Assembly: GCA_038918905.1 (NCBI GenBank)
Contig: JBCKZS010000011.1
Coordinates: forward strand, 1,062 to 65,061
Reading direction: 5' to 3'
DNA length: 64,000 nucleotides
From: Vicinamibacterales bacterium
GTDB lineage: Bacteria > Acidobacteriota > Vicinamibacteria > Vicinamibacterales > SCN-69-37
Below, piece after piece: positions 43,897 through 56,808 of this stretch. Numbering within the stretch: the stretch's first letter is position 1; each line of letters starts with the position of its first letter. A model generated the notes under the pieces. It made no database searches. It had not been told where the DNA came from and saw nothing but the letters and a program-made list of their open reading frames with translations. A program made the translations under genes and the position numbers.

Positions 43897-44731
43897 AGCG
43901 TTGCCACTGCGTCTGACATCGTGACCAGATTATGGATCTGAACCAGTTGGAGAAGCAGAGGCTCCAGCAGGGTGAGGCGGAGGGCGTTCTGCCCGTCACT
44001 TTTCGCGCGCGCGGGATCTTCGTGCACTTCGAGGAACACTCCATCCACACCCGCCGCCACTCCCGCGCGAGCCAGCGGCGTGATGTACTCCGCGAGGCCC
44101 GCCGTGACGCCGTCGCCGCCGCCTGGCAACTGCAGGCTGTGGGTGACGTCGAAGATGACCGGGGCGCCGAGCGCGCGCATCATCGGAAACGCGCGCATGT
44201 CGACGACGAGGTTGTTGTAGCCGAAGCTGTACCCGCGCTCGGTGATCGAGACCTTCGTGTTGCCCGCCGCCAGCACCTTGTCGATGGCGTGGCGCATGTC
44301 GAGCGGCGCCAGGAACTGGCCCTTCTTGAGGTTGACGACCCGCCCGGTGCGAGCGGCGGCCGTGATGAGGTCGGTCTGGCGTGATAGAAACGCCGGAATC
44401 TGCAGCACGTCGGCGACTTCGGCCACCGGGGCCGCCTGCGACGCCTCGTGGATGTCGGTGAGAATCGGCACGCCGAGCGCGGCTTTGACACCCGCCAGCG
44501 CCTTGAGTCCCTCGTCGAGGCCGGGACCGCGAAACGAGGCGGCCGACGTCCGGTTGGCTTTGTCGAACGACGCCTTGAACACGTAGGGCATCCCCACGCG
44601 CCGGGCAATCTCGGCGATGGCGCCACCAAGGTCGATGAGGTGCGACGGACTTTCGATGACACACGGACCGGCGACGAGCACCAGGCGCGGGCCGCCGAGC
44701 ACCACCTCGTCGGTAATGGGAACAAGCTGCA

Positions 44732-44732
<1 letters not shown>
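43893..44732 (-). CDS. kdsA: 2-dehydro-3-deoxyphosphooctonate aldolase
   Basis: LVAGPCVIES, FKASFDKANR, IPAFLSRQTDL and HSLQLPGG motifs. The GTG at 44732 overlaps the pyrG stop. Confidence 0.9.
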
Positions 44733-47159
<2,427 letters not shown>

Positions 47160-47296
47160 GGGGCCATGAACGACGAGCCCAGCGGGTACGACAACTGGCA
47201 CGCGGAATCTTAGCACGTGTTGACAACGACCGAACGCTGGCCGAACGACTTGACGCCCCCTGGTCAATTTAATTGCTGTGCGCTCCGATCACGAGA

Positions 47297-47674
47297 TCAG
47301 GAGGCGCCTGACCTCCCGCCCTGGGCGTGTGCGTGCTTCCGGCTGACGAACTTCACGTCCGCGTCGTCGTCGGCAATCCCTGACAACACGACCGGGCCAC
47401 GGTCCGGAAATTCGGCCACAAGAGACAGATTGCCACCCATCGCCTCGACGGTCTTCCGAAGTGTCGACAACAAGAGGTCGCTGCGTTTCTCGAGGCGCGA
47501 CACGCCGTCCTGGGTGATGCCAAGCGCCTTGGCCATGCGAACCTGCGTCAGTTTCCGAGCGTGCCGGAGTTCCTGCAAGGTCATTTCCTCCGCAGTGAGC
47601 TGCGCGGCGCGGGCAGCGATCTTCTTGCGGCGCGCGGGGCTCAGTCCCTTCCTGATTTGTTCGAGGTTCGTCAT
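47297..47674 (-). CDS. XRE-family HTH antitoxin (HigA-like)
   Basis: LQELRHARKLTQVRMAKALGITQDGVSRLEKRSD HTH. The start overlaps the toxin stop (ATGA). Confidence 0.75.
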   Translation of the reverse strand: MTNLEQIRKGLSPARRKKIAARAAQLTAEEMTLQELRHARKLTQVRMAKALGITQDGVSRLEKRSDLLLSTLRKTVEAMGGNLSLVAEFPDRGPVVLSGIADDDADVKFVSRKHAHAQGGRSGAS

Positions 47675-48054
47675 CGTTGCGACTTCCTTTCCTGTTCTTT
47701 CCGCTTCTTGATGCCGGCCAGATGAGCGTCAAGCCGCGCGTCAGCGCGCCCTATCAGTTGCACATAGAATCGCTTCTCGCTCCCGCCGGACTTGTCACCG
47801 CCGCACAGGATGATTGCCTGACGCTTCGGGTCAAAGGCAGACGCGAAACGCCACACGCCGTCCGCGGCATCGAACCGCAGTTCCTTCATGTTCGCGTGGC
47901 GAGAGCCATTGAGCGTGTCGACACGTGGCCGCCCAAGCAATGGCCCAACCTGTTCAAGCAACGTGACGCAGGCCAACAGCTCGTCTTGAACGTCCCTGGG
48001 GAACTCGTGGTACTCCACAACGAAGTCGTCATGGAGTTCAACGTTCCAGGCCAC
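47671..48054 (-). CDS. RelE/ParE-superfamily toxin (HigB/Gp49-like)
   Basis: LLEQVGPLLGRPRVDTLNGSRHANMKELRF...WRFASAFDPKRQAIILCGGDK pattern. The start is taken at the GTG at 48054. The upstream part of the 272-aa ORF looks non-coding. Confidence 0.75.
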   Translation of the reverse strand: MAWNVELHDDFVVEYHEFPRDVQDELLACVTLLEQVGPLLGRPRVDTLNGSRHANMKELRFDAADGVWRFASAFDPKRQAIILCGGDKSGGSEKRFYVQLIGRADARLDAHLAGIKKRKEQERKSQR

Positions 48055-48060
48055 CTGCAA

Positions 48061-48089
48061 ATGATGCGCTTTGAAGCATATGTTGTCAA
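48061..48089 (-). promoter_or_regulatory. TTGACA-17 nt-CATCAT promoter ending 6 nt before the toxin GTG
   Basis: The minus strand reads TTGACAacatatgcttcaaagcgCATCATttgcagGTG. Confidence 0.4.
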
Positions 48090-48484
48090 ATACATAAGGC
48101 AGCGAGCGCCATTGCGAAAGGGCGACAGGGCGAAAGCGGCCGAAATGTCGCGGGTTGGCGTCACAATGGCCAGACATGATCCCGGGAGGGAGGCCGCGAT
48201 GATTCAACGACTGCTGACAGCCGTGGTGATTACAGCCGCCATACTGACCGCTGGAGCAGAACGGCCGGCGGCTTGCTCGTGCGTCGGGCCGCTCGTGGCG
48301 TGCGAGTCGGCTTGGACCACCGATTGAGCGTGATCGCCGGTCGTTCGCATCGTCTACTCGTGGAGTGGTGGCCGGTCGTTGAAGGGCGCCAGGTCTACCG
48401 CTCCGCCGAGTGAAGCCACAGCCGGCCTTCCCCCGCTCCGCCTGGTGGTGCAGGACCGCGCCCAGCGCTGAGCACCCGGCATTT

Positions 48485-48519
48485 GGCACGCGGCACGAGG
48501 CACTGGGAACTGGCCCAGG
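48485..48519. repeat. about 5 x 7-bp tandem repeat GGCACKN
   Basis: The contiguous units are ggcacgc, ggcacga, ggcactg, ggaactg and gcccagg, about 75 bp upstream of the ATG at 48592. Confidence 0.8.
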
Positions 48520-48591
48520 GTTGATCGAGTGATGGCAGGGGAATGTTGCCGGTGTGACATCGCAGTGGTACTATCCCTCCCAGGTGGCCTG

Positions 48592-49116
48592 ATGCATCGA
48601 TTCACCTCGGCCGTTCTGCTTGGTGCTGGCGTGTTGGTGACGACGTGGGTGGCCGCGCCCGCGGCGCCGTCGGCGCCACCCGCGCGCGTGTCGGAGGCCG
48701 ACCTCGCGCGCATTGACGAGCTGGCGCCCCTCGTGACCGAGGTCGTCCAGGAAGCCGAGCGTCTGCGAGCCCGTCTGGCGGTGGTGCCGGATGTGCCGGC
48801 GCCTCGCCGCGATCCCTTCCGATTCGGCGGTCGTCGACCCGATCCCGCGCCCAACCCTGAACCGGTTCCAGAAGTGACGCGTCCAGTCGATGCGACGCCC
48901 ACCATGTTGTGGCCGACACTTGCGGCCGTGATGGCCGCGGTGGGTGACGCGGGGGACGTGCCCACGCGAACGGCCGTCATGGCGTGGGGTGATGCGATCG
49001 AGTTCCTCAAGGCCGGCGAAGACCTGGGCGATTTCCGTGTCGTCACGGTGTCCGTTGACGCCGTCGAGCTTCTGCACGTGCCGACCGCGAGCACGCGGCG
49101 CGTCACGCTTCGGTAG
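48592..49116 (+). CDS. hypothetical secreted protein
   Basis: 174 aa with a signal-like MHRFTSAVLLGAGVLVTTWVAAPA and a Pro-rich middle. The C-terminal beta segment is loosely PilP/GspC-like. Confidence 0.45.
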   Translation: MHRFTSAVLLGAGVLVTTWVAAPAAPSAPPARVSEADLARIDELAPLVTEVVQEAERLRARLAVVPDVPAPRRDPFRFGGRRPDPAPNPEPVPEVTRPVDATPTMLWPTLAAVMAAVGDAGDVPTRTAVMAWGDAIEFLKAGEDLGDFRVVTVSVDAVELLHVPTASTRRVTLR

Positions 49117-49385
49117 GTCGCTCTCCACGACGCGACGCATCTCGCGCGTTTCAAAAATGGAGGCCGGGTCTTCGCGCGTTGCGCGTTGCACCAGTGTGGT
49201 GCAATGCGCTGATGCGGCAACAAGGACGGGAGAATTCGTCGCGCGGCGTCGACTTTTCCACACAGTTTTCAACAGATCCTGTGAAGATCCCGTGACGGAC
49301 CGGCCCAGTCGGGAAGGGACGTGACCTAAAAGACGCCGCAGGAGAGCGCAAGGACGATGACGCACGGTAGCATTCTGGAGACGGT

Positions 49386-50327
49386 ATGAATCGCAAAGTC
49401 ACGGTCGTGGGCGGAGCAGGCAACGTGGGAGCGACGGTGGCGCGGGCCATCGCCGTCAAGGAATTGGCGGACGTCGTCATTGTCGACATCGCGGCGGAGA
49501 AGGCCGCGGGCATCGCGCTCGACATTTACGAGGCGTGCCCGATTGATGGATCGGACACCCGGCTCATCGGGACGTCCGACTATGCGGCCACGGCCGGCTC
49601 GGACGTCGTCGTGATCACGTCGGGCGTGCCGCGCAAGCCTGGCATGAGCCGCGACGACCTGTTGAACGTGAACTACAAGATCATGCAGGCGGTCGTGGCG
49701 CAGGTGGTCAAATATTCGCCCAACTGCATCATCGTCCCCGTCGCGAATCCGCTGGATGCGATGTGCCAGGCCGTGTATCGGCTGAGCGGATTCCCGCGCG
49801 AGCGCGTGGTCGGTATGGCCGGCGTGCTGGACTCGGCGCGCATGCGGACGTTCATCGCGATGGAGCTGAACGTATCGGTGGGGAACGTGCACGCGTTTGT
49901 GCTGGGGGGCCACGGCGACACGATGGTGCCGCTGCCGCGGTTCTCGACCGTGGCGGGCATCCCGCTGACCGAACTGGTGGCGATGGGCAAACTCTCGCAG
50001 GCGAAGCTCGACGAGATCTGCGCGCGCACGGCCAATGGTGGCGCAGAGATCACGAAGCTGGTCGGCACCAGCGCCTGGTATGCGCCCGGGGCCGCCGTGG
50101 TCGAGATGGTCGAGGCGATCCTCAAGGACAAGAAGTCCATCCTGCCGTGTTCGGTGTATCTGCAGGGCGAATACGGGGTGAAGGATCTGTTCGTCGGTGT
50201 GCCGGTCAAACTCGGCAAGGGCGGCGCGGAAGAGATCATCGAGATCCGCCTGACGGCCGACGAGCAAGCCGCGTTCAACAAGTCCGCCGCGGCGGTCAAG
50301 GAACTGACGACCGTCATCGGAGTTTAG
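49386..50327 (+). CDS. mdh: malate dehydrogenase (LDH-like family)
   Basis: [30 protein letters not shown] and GGHGDTMVP motifs. Confidence 0.95.
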   Translation: MNRKVTVVGGAGNVGATVARAIAVKELADVVIVDIAAEKAAGIALDIYEACPIDGSDTRLIGTSDYAATAGSDVVVITSGVPRKPGMSRDDLLNVNYKIMQAVVAQVVKYSPNCIIVPVANPLDAMCQAVYRLSGFPRERVVGMAGVLDSARMRTFIAMELNVSVGNVHAFVLGGHGDTMVPLPRFSTVAGIPLTELVAMGKLSQAKLDEICARTANGGAEITKLVGTSAWYAPGAAVVEMVEAILKDKKSILPCSVYLQGEYGVKDLFVGVPVKLGKGGAEEIIEIRLTADEQAAFNKSAAAVKELTTVIGV

Positions 50328-50384
50328 AAGGTCCAAGGGTCCGTCAATCGCCGAACCGCGAGTTACCAAGTCTTCGATGGGCTG

Positions 50385-50711
50385 GTGACGGCCATACGCC
50401 GTGCTGACATTACCCTTTGTGCGGTTGAAGCCGTTTCTGCCGCGCCCGGTCGCAGCGGCGACGGGATGGCGCGCGGGGCGGGGCAGGATCAATCGCTGTG
50501 GCTGATTCACAACGCCGTTGGCGGACGATACGACCGGGTCACCGACGTGATGGCCCTGAGCGACGCCGGCACGCGTCTGGCCGCCGGCCTGATGTCTGCG
50601 TATCGCCTGACGTTTGAAGCGACGGCATCCGGGAACATTCCGCTTCAGATCGAGATCAGGGGACGTCAGCGCGTGATCGTGATTGCACCCGCCTGGGCGC
50701 CGCGCAAATGA
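50385..50711 (+). pseudogene. C-terminal fragment of a VWA-type (VWFA-related acidobacterial domain-like) protein
   Basis: The tail SAYRLTFEATASGNIPLQIEIRGRQRVIVIAPAWAPRK resembles the ...Y.LgY.P....g...i.V.v.r.g..v.aR.GY ending of that family. No VWA domain lies upstream. Confidence 0.35.
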
Positions 50712-50769
50712 GCTCGGAGGTAATTTCCCACTGCCTGTTTCCGGGAAATCACCTCCGAGCTCATTTCGC
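50702..50769. repeat. 68-bp near-perfect hairpin element (27/28-nt arms, 13-nt loop)
   Basis: The left arm is GCGCAAATGAGCTCGGAGGTAATTTCCC. The reverse complement of the right arm is GCGAAATGAGCTCGGAGGTGATTTCCC, which differs by one indel and one mismatch. Confidence 0.9.
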
Positions 50770-50802
50770 ACACGGCTGCACCGGGTTGGTGCAAGGGCAC
50801 CG

Positions 50803-50913
50803 CTACCACGTCGTTGTTGGTGTCAGGTGGTCACGAATCCACGCGGCGAGCTCGCTGCGGCCAATGATTCCTGATGCCAGGTCGAGCACCTCGCCGAGCG
50901 TGAGGTAGCGCAT
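50803..50913 (-). pseudogene. doc: truncated death-on-curing (Doc/Fic) toxin, first 36 codons only
   Basis: MRYLTLGEVLDL...IRD matches the Doc N-terminus, then a TAG follows at 50805-50803. The ATG overlaps the antitoxin stop (TGATG). Confidence 0.5.
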
Positions 50914-51107
50914 CAGGCGAGACGACGGTAAAGGTCGCGATTCTTCGTCAGGATGTGTCGGGCCGCGGCGCTGAAAGTCTCGTCGGACCCTGACAGCAGG
51001 TCCGCGACGGCAGCTTTCGCAAGGCCGGCGGGCGGCACACCAAGCTACGCCGCCTGTCTCTCCAACTGCTCCGACTGCGCCGGCGTGAGGTCGATGGCCA
51101 CCTTCAT
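50913..51107 (-). pseudogene. Doc-associated antitoxin with in-frame TAG
   Basis: MKVAIDLTPAQSEQLERQAA*LGVPPAGLAKAAVADLL...NRDLYRRLA, with the stop at 51047-51045. Confidence 0.5.
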
Positions 51108-51252
51108 GATGGTTTCCACTCTACCGTCGTCCGGACCGATATCACAAGAGGGCCCCTTGTAGAGGTCGACGTCCGACCGATCCCCGCGCCGTATCGTCTC
51201 AGCGGCAGTCGGAGGGCGCCTGCTTCTGCCGCGGTTTCCTGCTGATTGCCCG

Positions 51253-51995
51253 TTACCGGTTCGCCAGAATCGCCTTGACGTACTCGCGGTTCATCGTCGC
51301 GATGTGTTTCAGCGAGATGTCCTTGGGGCAGACGGCTTCGCATTCGCCTTCGTTGGAGCAGCCGCCGAAGCCGGCGGCGTCCATCGCGTCCACCATGGAG
51401 ACAACGCGGGTGTGGGCTTCGACCTTGCCCTGGGGCAGAAGGGCGAGCTGGGTGATCTTGGCGGATGTGAATAGCGCGGCCGACGCGTTCTTGCAAGCGG
51501 CCACACACGCGCCGCATCCGATGCACTGCGCGGCGTCGAACGCCTCGTCGGCCACGGTCTTCGGAATCAGAATTGCGTTGGCATCAGGCGCGCCGCCGAT
51601 GTTCACCGACGTGTACCCGCCCGCAGCGATGATCGTGTCAAACGCCGCGCGATCCACCACCAGGTCCTTGATGAGGGGAAACGCCCGGGCCTGCCAGGGC
51701 TCAATGACGATGGTGTCGCCGTCCTTGTAGCGACGCATGTAGAGTTGACAGACCGTGGTGCAGGGGTCGGGGCCGTGGGGGCGGCCGTCCACCATCACGC
51801 CGCAGGTGCCGCAGATGCCTTCGCGGCAGTCCGAGTCGAACGCGATCGGGTCTTCGCCCTTCTCGATGAGGGTCTCGTTGACCGCGTCGAGCATCTCCAG
51901 AAACGACATGTCCGGTGAAATCCGGTCGGCGGTGTAGTCCACGAGCCGGCCCGGCGCGTTCGGGCCCGCCTGGCGCCAGACCTTGAGGCGCACCT

Positions 51996-51999
<4 letters not shown>
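51253..51999 (-). CDS. sdhB: succinate dehydrogenase/fumarate reductase iron-sulfur subunit
   Basis: [21 protein letters not shown] and [12 protein letters not shown] cluster motifs. Confidence 0.95.
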
Positions 52000-53909
<1,910 letters not shown>

Positions 53910-53928
53910 AAAGAGCGCTCGTCGAGGG

Positions 53929-54591
53929 TCATAGGAAGAAATACACCCACACGGGGATGAGGGCGAAGCCGCCGGCCAGCACCACGGCGAGGCCGAGGCC
54001 CCCGGAAAGAATCGTGGGCGTCCAGCCTGGTGTCATCAGACCCAGCGACTGGAACGCACTTGAGATGCCGTGGCGCAGGTGCATCCCCACGGCGCCCATG
54101 GCCACCACATAAAACACGACGTAGACGGGAGACTGGAACACCTCCACCACCAGCGTGTAGAGATCACGCACACCCGCCTCGGCGGCGGGGTAGTAGGCGC
54201 CGAACTTGAACGTGATGATGTGCGTGACGAGGAAGATCGACAGAATGATGCCCGACACGGCCATCGTTGTCGACGCCCACGTCTTGCGGCTGGGACCGCC
54301 AGCCCAGACCTTCTTCACATTGGCGTGCGGCCGCGCCTCGCGCCCGCGCCAGACGTGGCGCAGGGCCATGAAGGTGTGGAGGAACAACAACCCGAGGAGA
54401 CCGAATTCCGCTGGAATAATGAGGGGGTTGCTGATCAGTGCGTGGGAGTAACCGTTGAAGGCGTCGGGACCCAGCAACATCAACAAGTTGCCGGCGAGAT
54501 GGATGATCAGGAATCCGACCAGCGACAGTCCCGTAAGCGCGACGAGGAGCTTCGACCCGACGGATGTGCTGAGGGCGTGCCACAGCTTCAT
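53929..54591 (-). CDS. sdhC: succinate dehydrogenase cytochrome b subunit (five-helix, type B-like)
   Basis: 220 aa with about 5 TM helices and conserved His residues. Its position is upstream of sdhA. Confidence 0.8.
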   Translation of the reverse strand: MKLWHALSTSVGSKLLVALTGLSLVGFLIIHLAGNLLMLLGPDAFNGYSHALISNPLIIPAEFGLLGLLFLHTFMALRHVWRGREARPHANVKKVWAGGPSRKTWASTTMAVSGIILSIFLVTHIITFKFGAYYPAAEAGVRDLYTLVVEVFQSPVYVVFYVVAMGAVGMHLRHGISSAFQSLGLMTPGWTPTILSGGLGLAVVLAGGFALIPVWVYFFL

Positions 54592-54672
54592 TCACACTCT
54601 CCATCGCGCATTCTATCTGTCCGATCACGCGTGCGGCAAATCACGCGCGGCTTTGATAGACTTCCGTCCCGC

Positions 54673-55833
54673 ATGAAGATTCACGAATACCAGGGCAAAT
54701 CCATCCTCGCGCGTCACGGTGTCGCCGTGCCGCGGGGCCACGTGGCGTACACGCCGGACGAGGTGCGGGCGCACGCGCGGACGCTCGGCGGCGGCACCCT
54801 GGTCGTCAAGGCGCAGATTCACGCAGGCGGCCGCGGCAAAGGCGGCGGGGTGAAGGTCGTCAACGGACCCGATGCCGCGCACGACGCCGGCAAGGCCATG
54901 CTGGGCATGACACTCGTGACCCGCCAGACCGGACCGGCCGGGCAGGTGGTGTCGCGTGTGCTGGTCGAAGAAGGCCTCCAGATGACCCGCGAACTGTATC
55001 TGGGCATGGTCATCGATCGGTCAACGCGGAAGATCGTGCTGATGGCCAGCGGGGAGGGTGGTGTCGAAATCGAGAAGGTTGCTGAAGAGACACCGGAGAA
55101 GATTTTCAAGGCCTTTGTACATCCGGCGATCGGCCTGCAGCCGTTTCAGGCGCGTGAGCTCGCGTTTCAGTTGGGGCTGAAGGGCGACGAGGTGAAAAGG
55201 GCCGTCAGACTCATGCTGGCGGTCTACGACGCGTTTGTGGTGAACGACGCCGCGCTGCTGGAAATCAATCCGCTGGTGGTCACTGCGTCCGGCGACCTGA
55301 TCGCGTTGGACGCCAAGATCAACTTCGACGACAACGCCCTCTACCGGCATCCCGACATCAAAGAATTCCGCGACATGGCGGAAGAGGATCCGCTGGAGAT
55401 CGAAGCGTCGCAGTATTCCCTCAACTACATCAAGCTGGACGGCACCATCGGGTGCATGGTCAACGGCGCCGGCCTGGCGATGGCGACGATGGACATCATC
55501 AAGCTGGCGGGGGGTGAGCCGGCCAACTTTCTGGACGTGGGCGGTGGCGCCAACGCCGAACAGATCAAGAACGCCTTTCGCATCCTGATGTCGGACACGA
55601 GCGTGAAGGCCGTGCTCATCAACATCTTCGGCGGCATCCTCCGGTGTGACGTGCTGGCGCAGGGCGTCATCGCCGCGGTGAAAGACCTGGGCGTGCGGGT
55701 GCCGATTGTCATCCGCATGGAAGGCACCAACGTGGAGCTGGGCAAGCAGATGTTGAAGGACAGCGGACTGAACTTCACGACGGCCGACGCCATGGACGAG
55801 GCCGCCGAGCGCGTCGTCGCGCTGGCCCACTGA
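54673..55833 (+). CDS. sucC: succinyl-CoA synthetase beta subunit
   Basis: [17 protein letters not shown] start, [15 protein letters not shown] and NIFGGI motifs. Confidence 0.95.
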   Translation: MKIHEYQGKSILARHGVAVPRGHVAYTPDEVRAHARTLGGGTLVVKAQIHAGGRGKGGGVKVVNGPDAAHDAGKAMLGMTLVTRQTGPAGQVVSRVLVEEGLQMTRELYLGMVIDRSTRKIVLMASGEGGVEIEKVAEETPEKIFKAFVHPAIGLQPFQARELAFQLGLKGDEVKRAVRLMLAVYDAFVVNDAALLEINPLVVTASGDLIALDAKINFDDNALYRHPDIKEFRDMAEEDPLEIEASQYSLNYIKLDGTIGCMVNGAGLAMATMDIIKLAGGEPANFLDVGGGANAEQIKNAFRILMSDTSVKAVLINIFGGILRCDVLAQGVIAAVKDLGVRVPIVIRMEGTNVELGKQMLKDSGLNFTTADAMDEAAERVVALAH

Positions 55834-55842
55834 TCGATGGAG

Positions 55843-55889
55843 GGCGGACCTTCAGGTCCGCCGTGGTCCGGCGGGGCTGAAGCCCCGCC
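55843..55889. repeat. two adjacent perfect 8-bp-stem hairpins (GGCGGACC-ttca-GGTCCGCC and GGCGGGGC-tgaa-GCCCCGCC) between sucC and sucD
   Basis: Read directly from the sequence at 55843-55862 and 55870-55889. Confidence 0.9.
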
Positions 55890-55934
55890 CTACGGATGAC
55901 AAGGAACCACGGACGACAAGGAACAAGAGGACGA

Positions 55935-56801
55935 ATGGCCGTGCTGATTGACAAGTCAACCCGCCTCCTCGTGCAGGGCCTGACCGGCCGCGAGGGGACC
56001 TTCCACGCCAGGCAGGCCCAGGCCTACGGCACCACCGTGGTCGGCGGTGTCACCCCGGGCAAGGGCGGCACGACGCACGAGGGGTGGCCGGTGTTCAACA
56101 CCGTGGCTGATGCCGTGGCGGCGACCGGCGCGAACGCCTCGGTCATTTTTGTGCCTCCTCCAGGCGGCGCCGATGCCGTGATGGAGGCGGCGGCCGCCGG
56201 GCTCGATCTGGCGGTGTGTATCACCGAGGGCATTCCCACGATCGACATGCTGCGGGCGCTGGAGTTCATGAAGGGCACAAGGATGCGCCTGATCGGGCCC
56301 AACTGTCCGGGGCTGATCTCGGCGGGTCGGGCCAAAGCGGGCATCATTCCAGGCCATATCTGCAAGGAAGGCCGGGTCGGCATCGTGTCCAGGAGCGGGA
56401 CGTTGACCTACGAGGCCATCCACCAACTCACGCACCTGGGTCTGGGGCAGACCACCTGCATCGGGATCGGCGGCGACCCGCTGATCGGCACGTCGTTCAT
56501 TGACGCGCTGAAGCTCTTTGCCCAGGACCCGGAGACCGAAGCCGTCGTCATGATCGGCGAAATCGGCGGCAGCGCCGAAGAAGAAGCCGCTGCCTACATC
56601 AAGGCATCGTTCAAGAAACCTGTGGTGGGCTTCATCGCGGGCCAGACGGCGCCCCCGGGACGCCGCATGGGCCACGCCGGGGCGATCATCGCGGGCGGCA
56701 AGGGCACGGCCGCGGAAAAGATGTCGGCGCTGACTGCCGCGGGTGTGCGGGTGGTCAACAGCCCGGCCGACATCGGCCGCGCGATGATGGAGGCCATATA
56801 A
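55935..56801 (+). CDS. sucD: succinyl-CoA synthetase alpha subunit
   Basis: [22 protein letters not shown] and MGHAGAII motifs. Confidence 0.95.
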   Translation: MAVLIDKSTRLLVQGLTGREGTFHARQAQAYGTTVVGGVTPGKGGTTHEGWPVFNTVADAVAATGANASVIFVPPPGGADAVMEAAAAGLDLAVCITEGIPTIDMLRALEFMKGTRMRLIGPNCPGLISAGRAKAGIIPGHICKEGRVGIVSRSGTLTYEAIHQLTHLGLGQTTCIGIGGDPLIGTSFIDALKLFAQDPETEAVVMIGEIGGSAEEEAAAYIKASFKKPVVGFIAGQTAPPGRRMGHAGAIIAGGKGTAAEKMSALTAAGVRVVNSPADIGRAMMEAI

Positions 56802-56808
56802 TGGCTGC

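Noticed and set aside
54070-54672. A 200-codon N-terminal extension of sucC in the ORF track.
   Set aside because: It is antisense to sdhC. The canonical MKIHEYQGK start of SucC is at 54673.
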